Shown piece after piece: positions 38,870 to 46,623 of a DNA stretch of 64,000 nucleotides. The translations under genes were made by a program, and so were the position numbers. Every line of letters starts with the position of its first letter. Position 1 is the first letter of the stretch. The notes beneath the pieces were generated by a model. The model made no database searches, was not told the origin of the DNA, and saw nothing but the letters and a program-made list of their open reading frames with translations. Origin of the DNA: Candidatus Omnitrophota bacterium (GTDB lineage: Bacteria > Omnitrophota > Gorgyraeia > Gygaellales > Profunditerraquicolaceae); assembly GCA_018825985.1 (NCBI GenBank), contig JAHKAP010000071.1, positions 7,556-71,555 on the forward strand, given 5' to 3'.

Positions 38870-39073
38870 TTAACTATATTGCCCGCCGCTAGACCATTTT
38901 TGGCTGGATAAAACGACCTTGGTAGCAGGGGTCGTCCCCTCGCAAATATTTTGCTTTGGGGCACTATTACCGGCCATATATCCGGTGTTATAACAGGGGC
39001 AGACCAGGATAGCCTGTTCAGGGTTTAGTTTTATCCGGGTTATCGCAGGATTAAATTTCTTTTTTGCGCTCAT
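38870..39073 (-). CDS. Candidate RiPP precursor peptide (67 aa)
   Basis: The small ORF MSAKKKFNPAITRIKLNPEQAILVCPCYNTGYMAGNSAPKQNICEGTTPATKVVLSSQKWSSGGQYS is preceded by a perfect Shine-Dalgarno sequence (AAAGGAGG, 7 nt upstream of the ATG). It sits between the PqqD-like and radical-SAM genes and is flanked by REP hairpins. Confidence 0.45.
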   Translation of the reverse strand: MSAKKKFNPAITRIKLNPEQAILVCPCYNTGYMAGNSAPKQNICEGTTPATKVVLSSQKWSSGGQYS

Positions 39074-39087
39074 CTTCCCCTCCTTTA

Positions 39088-39111
39088 ATTAGGGACAGCG
39101 ACTATTTTTTT
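39088..39111. repeat. REP element (single copy)
   Basis: ATTAGGGACAGCGACTATTTTTTT. It lies between the precursor ORF and the PqqD-like gene. Confidence 0.85.
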
Positions 39112-39394
39112 AATAACTGATCGCTTTAGCCTCTTTTAAATCACTAAGGAATCCTGATAGAGTTTTATCAATCTGTTCGGCTGGGCCGTCAAATTCATCC
39201 AATATTTGTTTTTTCACCTGGGCAATGGTATTTTTGCCGTTTAGCATCTTCCAGATCAAAGAACCTGTTTCATTTAAAGAATAAATACAATTGATATCGT
39301 CAGAGTGTTTATATATAGGCACCAGGATGGTTTCACCTGCGATATCCCTGGCGACCATATTAGGATTCTTCTTAATTACCGTATTTGGCTTCAT
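39110..39394 (-). CDS. PqqD-family protein (RiPP recognition element)
   Basis: 94 aa. VARDIAGETILVP...YSLNETGSLIWKMLNG...IAQVKKQILDEF matches the PqqD/RRE fold pattern. Confidence 0.65.
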   Translation of the reverse strand: MKPNTVIKKNPNMVARDIAGETILVPIYKHSDDINCIYSLNETGSLIWKMLNGKNTIAQVKKQILDEFDGPAEQIDKTLSGFLSDLKEAKAISY

Positions 39395-39407
39395 TTTAAT
39401 TAGGGAC

Positions 39408-39442
39408 AGCGGCTATTTTCTTAATTAAATAGTCGCTGTCCC
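39408..39442. repeat. REP element pair (inverted, short spacer, one copy with G-to-A variant)
   Basis: ATTAGGGACAGCGGCTATTTTC..AAATAGTCGCTGTCCCC. It overlaps the stop codon of the S24 peptidase gene. Confidence 0.85.
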
Positions 39443-39813
39443 CTCTCTATTAACCAAGCGATTAATGGCGCGATTATAACTATAGCCCTGTAAAGAAACT
39501 GCTGATTTTCGGCGCCACAGTTGATTAATTTATCATTTTTTATTATACCACAAACCCGGCCTAAAAGCATTTCTTCAGTTATTTTTTCCGGCGCTGATAA
39601 TGAAAGGTCTCCCCGGGTATAAAGTAAGTAATTTTCCCCGGGTTTATCTTTTCTTATCAAGCGATGGCAAACAATCTGATTGCCGGAATTATATAAGAGC
39701 AAATCCCCTGTTTTTAAATCCTTAAGGGGAGTTTTTCTGACAATTACCTTCTGGCCTGACTTTAAGAAAGGCCACATACTTTGCCCGCTAACCTCAAAAA
39801 ACAATAAATCCAT
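39421..39813 (-). CDS. S24/S26-family (LexA / signal peptidase I-like) serine peptidase domain protein
   Basis: EVSGQSMWPFL is the Ser nucleophile box. IVCHRLIRK is the Lys general-base region. 130 aa, standalone. Confidence 0.55.
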   Translation of the reverse strand: MDLLFFEVSGQSMWPFLKSGQKVIVRKTPLKDLKTGDLLLYNSGNQIVCHRLIRKDKPGENYLLYTRGDLSLSAPEKITEEMLLGRVCGIIKNDKLINCGAENQQFLYRAIVIIAPLIAWLIERGQRLFN

Positions 39814-39837
39814 ATTAATAGGGACAGCGACTATTTT

Positions 39838-40515
39838 CTATTCTTCCTTCGGCCTGCCTACTGGCAATTGAAACAACCTTTTGTGAAGATTTTTCTCTAG
39901 CGTTTCTATAAACCCGCTTGTTCCCAAAGGACGACCGGTAAGTGTGTATTTTCTAATATTTTGTAAGATATTACCTTCTTCCGAATAATCAATATAATTT
40001 CGCCAATAGTTATAGGACATACCTGTTATTTCAAAAAAATTTTCAAACTCAAAAATCTTATCTTTTTGTTGGTTGGTATGAGCCAATGCACTCGACCATT
40101 CCCATTCCCATGGCTTTTTTACCAATCCCGCACGCACTGGGTTTCGTTCAACATAACGAACAGCTAGTATCAAATGAGCTTCATCTAAAGCGCATGAATA
40201 AAAACGGCCTTGCCATAGATGCCCGCGTTGCTGCAGTTTTTTGTTAAAATATTGCGCATATCGCATATGGGCAATATTAAATGTCTTGGCCAATGAATCA
40301 TTTTCTGCAGGAATACCCACAAAATGAACATGATTTTGCATTAAACAATAGGCTAAAATACAAAGGCCATATTGTTTGCTATATTCTTTTATCCATTCAA
40401 GGTATTGTTTCCTATCATGAACATCAGAGAAAACATCCTGTTGATAATTCCCTCTCTGGGTAATGTGATGTGGCAACCCTCTCGCTACAACTCTTGCAAT
40501 TCTAGTCATATTCAA
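39838..40515 (-). CDS. REP-associated tyrosine transposase (RAYT, IS200/IS605-like HuH Y1 transposase)
   Basis: The HuH motif is MQNHVHFV and the catalytic Tyr lies in LAVRYVERNPVRAGLV. It is flanked on both sides by REP copies in inverted orientation (39818-39839 and 40592-40612). Confidence 0.8.
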   Translation of the reverse strand: MNMTRIARVVARGLPHHITQRGNYQQDVFSDVHDRKQYLEWIKEYSKQYGLCILAYCLMQNHVHFVGIPAENDSLAKTFNIAHMRYAQYFNKKLQQRGHLWQGRFYSCALDEAHLILAVRYVERNPVRAGLVKKPWEWEWSSALAHTNQQKDKIFEFENFFEITGMSYNYWRNYIDYSEEGNILQNIRKYTLTGRPLGTSGFIETLEKNLHKRLFQLPVGRPKEE

Positions 40516-40591
40516 TCCCTCCTCTCTACTATTAATAGACGTAGAGAAAAAGAATTTCTAACTAAAATATTTCACATATTTCAAAGAACAA

Positions 40592-40612
40592 TAAAATAGT
40601 CGCTGTCCCTAT
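40592..40612. repeat. REP element (single copy) upstream of RAYT
   Basis: AAAATAGTCGCTGTCCCTATT. Confidence 0.85.
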
Positions 40613-40687
40613 TAAATATTCAAAAAACAATAAATTATTCATTTTCTATTTAAGAGATAGTCCATCTCATAGTTAATGATTGACGGA

Positions 40688-41611
40688 CTATTGGCCAGTT
40701 GAAACTTTCGTAGATACGCCCCAGGTCTGAGATTCTTTATAAGTATACGCGCCCTTGGATATAGGATCGAGAACTTGGCTAAGGAAATAGCTTAAATCAG
40801 AGACGAATTTTCTGGGTACAAAGACAATATCCTGGGACTGCAGAATAACGTTCTGGCGCAAATCACCCTTAAAGACCTTGGCGACATTTATCCTCTGTAT
40901 ATTGGGGGCATTAAATCCTCCCCGGATCAAAACTGTGCTGGAGGGCACGCCATCCCGGGTCAAGCCACCGGCCATAGAGATCGCTTCCATCAGGGTCCGG
41001 GCGCCGGTAACTGAATAAAGGCCGGGCGCGTTAACCTGGCCCAATATCATGACCCTGGCCCCTCCCATCTTCTTTAAAGAAATAGAAACCTCAGGATATT
41101 TAATGAAATCTTTTAGCTTTTCAGTAATAACCTCATCCAGTCCCGGGATGGTCAGGCCGGCAGCCTGGATATCTCCAACCAGAGGAAAAGAGATCTTTCC
41201 GTCAGGGCGGACAATCACATCCTGATCAAGGTCCTGATTCTGCCATACCGTAATACGCAGGTTATCGTCCTCTCCGATCAGATACTGGTTTACATTAGCC
41301 GGGGTTTGAGCCTTAATAGCTACAATCAGATCAGCTGTTTTTTCCAAGGATTGATTTTTATTATCGGAAACTGCAGGCTTAACAATAGCTTTATTCGGCT
41401 CAGGTTTTAGCGGATTAGCCAAATTCATAGCCTGATTGTATTCGTCTTCGGCATCCTTAAACTTTCCCTGTTGATAATAAAGGTTACCCCTTAAATAATG
41501 CTCCCTTATCATATCCTGGGTATCATTATACTCGGAATAAACCGGACCCCAGATTAAAACAATAAATAATACGGTTATATAAATATTATTTTTGATGAGG
41601 CGCAATGGCAT
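40688..41611 (-). CDS. Wza/GumB-like outer-membrane polysaccharide export protein (PES motif and SLBB domains)
   Basis: LRITVWQNQDLDQDVIVRPDGKISFPLVGDIQAAGLT (Poly_export) and MILGQVNAPGLYSV...LMEAISMAGGL (SLBB). The start was moved to M13 to remove the overlap. Confidence 0.75.
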   Translation of the reverse strand: MPLRLIKNNIYITVLFIVLIWGPVYSEYNDTQDMIREHYLRGNLYYQQGKFKDAEDEYNQAMNLANPLKPEPNKAIVKPAVSDNKNQSLEKTADLIVAIKAQTPANVNQYLIGEDDNLRITVWQNQDLDQDVIVRPDGKISFPLVGDIQAAGLTIPGLDEVITEKLKDFIKYPEVSISLKKMGGARVMILGQVNAPGLYSVTGARTLMEAISMAGGLTRDGVPSSTVLIRGGFNAPNIQRINVAKVFKGDLRQNVILQSQDIVFVPRKFVSDLSYFLSQVLDPISKGAYTYKESQTWGVSTKVSTGQ

Positions 41612-41612
41612 T

Positions 41613-43127
41613 TTAGTTTTGCTTATCCGATTCCAGGATGACTTCAATCTTGCGTTTCAGATCATCGGATTTCTGTTTTACTTTGGGATCAATCGCTGAA
41701 CCGGTTATGGACTGCCCGGAGGGAGAATTTCTTTCCTGAAGGGCGGCATTAAGTTTCAACACGGTAGACAGGTCATCCAGGGTTTTCCTTTGACGAGCCC
41801 TGTTTTCAGCCAGTTCTTTCTCTAGCTCAGCTGAACGCAATCTTAAGCTAGCCACCTCATCCCTTAAAGTATCCATTTCTTTTCTGCGGTCGGAGAGTTC
41901 TTTTTCTTTCGCAGCCACAAAATCAGAAAGCTGATTCACCTGCATTTTTAAACTGTTAAAAGACAGGTCGGTTTCCTGCAGCCTGGCCAGTTTAAGCTGA
42001 AGCGATTTATTTTCATCTTCAAATTTAGTCAACTGTTGGGTAAGGTAATTAAGGTTTTTCTGAAGGGAATCAGCCAGATCGTTCTTTTTAGCCAGTTCAT
42101 CTTTCATATCCCGCAGCCGGTATTGAGAAGAGACTTTTTCCGCCTCAACCTCTTTAAATTTATCCCGGTCGATCTGAGCCTCGCTTAAATTCTTCTCTAA
42201 AACAGTTATCCTGTTCTGCAGGGCGGTTATTTTAGCTATTGATTCTTTGGCCTCTTTTTTGGCCTGGTCCAGATCCAGTTCTTTCCTGGCTAAGATCTCG
42301 GATAGCCTGGTCAACTGCAAAGAGCCGTTAGCTTCGCCTGGTTCTTTGAGATTACTTGGCAGTCTGCCTGCTTTAGCCCGGGATACCTCGGATTCCAGGC
42401 TCCTGACCTGATTTTCTTTTTCAGCCAGGCTCGCCTTTAATTTATTTATATTATCAATAAAAGCCTGGGTTGCATTACCCCTGTCGCTAGTATCTTTCTT
42501 GGAAACGCCCAGCCTCACCTGTAATTCTTTATTGGCGTCCATCAAAATCACCTGGGCCTGCTTTAACTTGGCCAATTCATTTTTCTGCTTATCTATCTCA
42601 TCATCCTTTATAAGGGCAGCTTTCTCAAACTCTTCCATTTTTTTCTTTAAGGGAGAGATGAATTTCTTATCCACATTACCCAGATCATCCTTCACCCGCC
42701 TTGACTCTTCTAATATCTGGCTGAATTCCCTGGTTAGATTCTGCAGGCGGCTTGAGATACTTAAGTTTGTCTCTTGTAATGCGGATTTTTCAGTCCTTAA
42801 CCGGTCGATCTCACGGCTAAGCTGCTCGATCGTGCCCTGGGAATTACTTAAAGCAGACTTGATCCCCTGGATATCGCGCAGCTCATTCAGGCGTTTTTCT
42901 TTTTCTATCAATGATGATTTTACCTCTTCTTTTTCTTTGAGCGCTTTTTTCAATGAATCATTGAGCCTGGACCTTTCAGCCTTAAACTTAACTGAAACGG
43001 TAGAAAAAAATAAGACGAATGCTATAATGACAATTACCAGATAAACAAACTTTCCGTATTTTGACGCACGCATAGCAAGCCACAATCCAAACATTATTTT
43101 TATCCCTCTTTTAAGTATTCCAGGCAA
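41613..43127 (-). CDS. Membrane-anchored coiled-coil protein
   Basis: N-terminal TM helix (FVYLVIVIIAFVLFF) followed by about 450 aa of heptad-rich E/K/L/Q sequence. Confidence 0.5.
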   Translation of the reverse strand: MPGILKRGIKIMFGLWLAMRASKYGKFVYLVIVIIAFVLFFSTVSVKFKAERSRLNDSLKKALKEKEEVKSSLIEKEKRLNELRDIQGIKSALSNSQGTIEQLSREIDRLRTEKSALQETNLSISSRLQNLTREFSQILEESRRVKDDLGNVDKKFISPLKKKMEEFEKAALIKDDEIDKQKNELAKLKQAQVILMDANKELQVRLGVSKKDTSDRGNATQAFIDNINKLKASLAEKENQVRSLESEVSRAKAGRLPSNLKEPGEANGSLQLTRLSEILARKELDLDQAKKEAKESIAKITALQNRITVLEKNLSEAQIDRDKFKEVEAEKVSSQYRLRDMKDELAKKNDLADSLQKNLNYLTQQLTKFEDENKSLQLKLARLQETDLSFNSLKMQVNQLSDFVAAKEKELSDRRKEMDTLRDEVASLRLRSAELEKELAENRARQRKTLDDLSTVLKLNAALQERNSPSGQSITGSAIDPKVKQKSDDLKRKIEVILESDKQN

Positions 43128-44161
43128 TCTTCGATATAAAGCACTGGGTTCCCGGCCAGGTCAATCTTTTTTACTTCTTTTAAGGGTTTACCAAAAGCAT
43201 CCTGAATAATATTAACCACCGGCCTAAGAGGCAAGGCTTCATTCTCTTCTATCACTACCCCTATTTCTTTGGTATTTAAACTCACCTTTATGCCTACCGG
43301 AAAAATACCGACCCTTTCAATCAGAACCTTGATTATCCTGGAATTAAACTCACCCTTATTGTTTAAAATAACATTTATAGCCTGTAAAGGAGTATTTTTT
43401 TTCCGGTACGGACGGTCATGGATCATTGCCTCATAAACATCAGCTACTGCCAGTATTTGAGCATACTCGTTTATCTCGTTTCCTTTTAAGCCTGACGGGT
43501 AACCCGAACCGTCACAGCGCTCATGCTCCTGGCGCACCGTTTCAAGCACCTTTTGGCCTAAACCTTTACAATAATTACTTAAAATGTCCGAACCAACCGC
43601 AGGATGCTCCTTAATGATTTTAAACTCCTCAGCGCTTAACTTTTTAGGCATATTAATTATATCCATATACTTGGTTATTCCGATATCATGCAAGAGCGAT
43701 GCGTTGCCGAGTTCAATTAATTGCGGCTTATCATAACCTAACCCCATGCCTAAATCTAAGGAAATAATAGAGGAATTTAATACATGATAAAAGAGATAAT
43801 CTTCGGGAATGGGATAATCATAAAGACACTGCCGTAAAAGTTCTTTGCGAACCCGATTCCGGGCCAGGATAGCGTTTATCCTTTCTAACAGGCTCTCAAT
43901 TCCCGGATCAATACTAAAAGACTTACCCAGGTCCGCGCTATATATCTGTTTAATCTTAGCTAATACCTCTTCGTAAAGAATATGGCTGTCCTCAATCTTT
44001 TCTTCCGGAACATCCTTATTCAATACCGAAGCTATATTTACCTCCTGAATCGGTTCCTTTTTAGGAGGCGGAATTTCTTTAGGGCCTGGATCATTAACCA
44101 TCCGGGCTTCTTTAGCTTTTTCCTCTTTGTTCTTTTTCAGGATATCGGATAAATTGAACAT
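43100..44161 (-). CDS. HD-GYP domain c-di-GMP phosphodiesterase
   Basis: HDIGITKY (HD), KEHPAVGSDIL, HERCDGSGYPSGLKG (the HHExxDGxGYP motif). Confidence 0.8.
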   Translation of the reverse strand: MFNLSDILKKNKEEKAKEARMVNDPGPKEIPPPKKEPIQEVNIASVLNKDVPEEKIEDSHILYEEVLAKIKQIYSADLGKSFSIDPGIESLLERINAILARNRVRKELLRQCLYDYPIPEDYLFYHVLNSSIISLDLGMGLGYDKPQLIELGNASLLHDIGITKYMDIINMPKKLSAEEFKIIKEHPAVGSDILSNYCKGLGQKVLETVRQEHERCDGSGYPSGLKGNEINEYAQILAVADVYEAMIHDRPYRKKNTPLQAINVILNNKGEFNSRIIKVLIERVGIFPVGIKVSLNTKEIGVVIEENEALPLRPVVNIIQDAFGKPLKEVKKIDLAGNPVLYIEDCLEYLKEG

Positions 44162-44162
44162 T

Positions 44163-45038
44163 TTATATATCTAATTTCTTACCCTGCCCGTCGGAATAAG
44201 CAGATGGGGTTGAAGAAGTGGGAACATCGGATTCCGAGTATTTCAAGTCTTCGGTTATCTTTACAATGGTTTTTCTATCAATTATCTTTAAACCGCTGCC
44301 GAAACCGATTAATAAAGCCAAATCACAAACAGTATTGATCTTACGAGGGGTGCCGCTGGCAGCCAGATATATTTCTCTAAAACAATCGTCTTCAAATACC
44401 GGCCGGGTTGAACCAGCCACCTCTAAACGATGAAGGATATATTCCCTGGTCTCAAACTCATCCAGCTTGGTCAAATGGTATTTGACCGCCATCCTTTGGG
44501 TCAACTGGGGAAGGTTAGCGATTACGCTTTTTAATTCAGGCTGGCCGATCATGATGATAGTCAGAAGAAACGCGTTATCCAGCTGAAAATTCAGGAGCAG
44601 TCTTAATTCCTCAAAAATATCGGTCCCTTGTATGGCCTGGGCTTCATCAATGACTATAACGGTGTGCTTATCGACGTTAAAATTGGAGTAAAATATCTTA
44701 TGCAGTTGATGAAACAATTCAACCTTGGAATCGCTGACCTGGCCTCCGGTCAGTTGATGAGTAATCTCCTGTATAAATTCTAAGGCGGTTAAACGGGGAT
44801 TAAGAATAAAAACCGCGTGGTAGCGGTTTTCCTGCTGTAACTCATGCCAGAGGACCCGGCTTAAAAGGGTTTTTCCGCTGCCGAATTCTCCGGTCAAAAG
44901 AGCGGCGCCTTTATGTTCCCTGACCACATACAAAAGCCTGGCCAGCGCCTCCTTGTGTTTCTGGGAATAATAAATAAAACGCGGGTCCGGCGTATTCTCA
45001 AAAGGCTTTTCTTTTAATCCCCAAAAGTCCTCATACAT
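44163..45038 (-). CDS. ExeA/GspA-like AAA+ ATPase (module 1)
   Basis: MYEDFWGLKEKPFENTPDPRFIYYSQKHKEALARLLYVV...LLTGEFGSGKTLLSR. The N-terminal ExeA signature and the Walker A motif are both present. Confidence 0.85.
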   Translation of the reverse strand: MYEDFWGLKEKPFENTPDPRFIYYSQKHKEALARLLYVVREHKGAALLTGEFGSGKTLLSRVLWHELQQENRYHAVFILNPRLTALEFIQEITHQLTGGQVSDSKVELFHQLHKIFYSNFNVDKHTVIVIDEAQAIQGTDIFEELRLLLNFQLDNAFLLTIIMIGQPELKSVIANLPQLTQRMAVKYHLTKLDEFETREYILHRLEVAGSTRPVFEDDCFREIYLAASGTPRKINTVCDLALLIGFGSGLKIIDRKTIVKITEDLKYSESDVPTSSTPSAYSDGQGKKLDI

Positions 45039-45043
45039 ACTTT

Positions 45044-45646
45044 TTATTTAGCGGGAGCGGAAACAAGCGCTTTTTTGCTTACAGCGACGAATGAAAAATC
45101 CTTAGTGGTCTTTTCATCAATGTGATAGCTAAGCATGCCTTTCATATTCTGGGCATCAGCGCTGACCTCTCCCCGCCAGAAAACTACTGTAGCCGGGGAT
45201 TTTTCAGAAGTCTGCATGGTCTCCCACACTGCCGAGCCATCAGGCTGGGGGCTTAAGGTATAATTAGTGGGAGGAAAATGCAAGCCGATATAACCCGACA
45301 CAGAGATCTGATTATTCCTTAAGACCAGTATTTCGGTCTCTTTTTTCACTTTTTGCGCGGTTGTAACCGGAGTCAATTCCAGGATCCACTCGGTATTATT
45401 CAATTCCGCGCGCATCTTATCGATTAAGGCCTTCCGGGCATTGATCAACTCAACCTGAGCTTTATTATCCGCTTTTTTTACCGCATCAGGCGCTCTGACC
45501 GGCTCTGCTTTTTTTACTTCGGCCTGAATTGTTGGCGCTACTTTTACCGGTTCTTCTTTCTTCTTTCCCCACCAGCTAGCTTCGGCAATCGGTAAATTAA
45601 CCATTAATAACCCAACCACTAATGACCCTATTACGAACTTCATCAT
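45044..45646 (-). CDS. Hypothetical secreted protein
   Basis: Signal peptide MMKFVIGSLVVGLLMVNLPIAEA. No recognisable domain. Confidence 0.35.
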   Translation of the reverse strand: MMKFVIGSLVVGLLMVNLPIAEASWWGKKKEEPVKVAPTIQAEVKKAEPVRAPDAVKKADNKAQVELINARKALIDKMRAELNNTEWILELTPVTTAQKVKKETEILVLRNNQISVSGYIGLHFPPTNYTLSPQPDGSAVWETMQTSEKSPATVVFWRGEVSADAQNMKGMLSYHIDEKTTKDFSFVAVSKKALVSAPAK

Positions 45647-45663
45647 CTCCCTCCTCCTATTTT

Positions 45664-46623
45664 TTAATCAACCGGTTTCTTCCCTTCCCAGGTCTGCCAG
45701 GTAAGAATATACTTCTTTACCCAGTCGACATCTTTATCTTCAGCTTTAGCTAATTTTAGAAACTTACGGAAATTCTCAATAGCCTTAGGCCTGTTGCCTA
45801 AATACTCGGCATAAATATAACCCAGGTTATAATGAGAATACGGGTCATCCGGATTCAACTCAATAGCTTTTTCAAATTCAGCCGTGGCCCTAGAAAATTC
45901 TTTACTCTGAGTATAAAACACGCCCAGGTTGTAATGCATAAGCGCGGTCTCTTTTATTAAAACCTTGTTTTCGCGGGCTAATTCCGCGAATTTCGCGGGG
46001 ATCTGAGCGATCTTTTGTTCTAAAGACCGGTTTTTTGCCAGCGCGCCTTCATAAAGCTTCTTGGAATCGTTTAATTGCCGTCGATAGATCTCAACCTGGG
46101 CATAAGCGTCCAGCTTTTGTTCATCCAAAAGTTTTACTTTCTGCTCCAGTATTTTAAAACGCCGGATTAAATCGGTATTTTCTTTTTGGAGATCAGCTAT
46201 CTTCTTGCGCGTTTCAGGAACTATTCTATACTCAATTTTGATTTTTTCAAGAGAATTCTTTAGGTTTTCTTTCTCCTGAACCAATTGAGCCTGAGCACTT
46301 TCCAACTCTTCGAGCCTCTGTTGTAAAAGCGCGCTCTGTTCAAGCCTGGCCTGAAGTTCCTTCTGCAACCTATCCTTTTCTATTTGAACCTTACGGTCAT
46401 CAGCCTCCTTATTGTCAAATTTGTTCTTATATTCATAGAGGTTTTTGATCTGGATCAAAAGATTATCCCGGTCAGCGACTACCTCCTGGTTTTGATTTTT
46501 CAGGTCCTCATATTTTTTCTCCCAGCTCTCCTGGGCTAATGCTGTATTAATAATAGAAAAGGTAAAGGTAGAGGTATAGGTAAAGATAAATACAAAAAAT
46601 ATTCTGTTAAAGATCTTTTTCAT
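45664..46623 (-). CDS. Secreted coiled-coil protein with C-terminal TPR domain (short paralogue of the giant 48656-52348 protein)
   Basis: Signal peptide, about 200 aa of coiled coil, and a C-terminal LMHYNLGVFYTQSKEFSRATAEFEKAIELNPDDPYSHYNLGYIYAEY...YILTWQTWE that is homologous to the C-terminus of the 1230-aa protein. Confidence 0.5.
   Translation of the reverse strand: MKKIFNRIFFVFIFTYTSTFTFSIINTALAQESWEKKYEDLKNQNQEVVADRDNLLIQIKNLYEYKNKFDNKEADDRKVQIEKDRLQKELQARLEQSALLQQRLEELESAQAQLVQEKENLKNSLEKIKIEYRIVPETRKKIADLQKENTDLIRRFKILEQKVKLLDEQKLDAYAQVEIYRRQLNDSKKLYEGALAKNRSLEQKIAQIPAKFAELARENKVLIKETALMHYNLGVFYTQSKEFSRATAEFEKAIELNPDDPYSHYNLGYIYAEYLGNRPKAIENFRKFLKLAKAEDKDVDWVKKYILTWQTWEGKKPVD

Larger units (their letters stand above)
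39818..40612 (-). mobile_element. REP-RAYT-REP unit
   Basis: The RAYT gene is bracketed by two inverted copies of the TAGGGACAGCGACTATTTT REP. Confidence 0.7.

Noticed and set aside
11563-40612. Possible CRISPR array suggested by the recurring TAGGGACAGCGACTATTTT repeat
   Set aside because: The copies are palindromic inverted pairs separated by tens of kb. They are irregularly spaced and have no uniform spacers. A RAYT transposase is adjacent. This is REP-like behaviour, not a CRISPR array.
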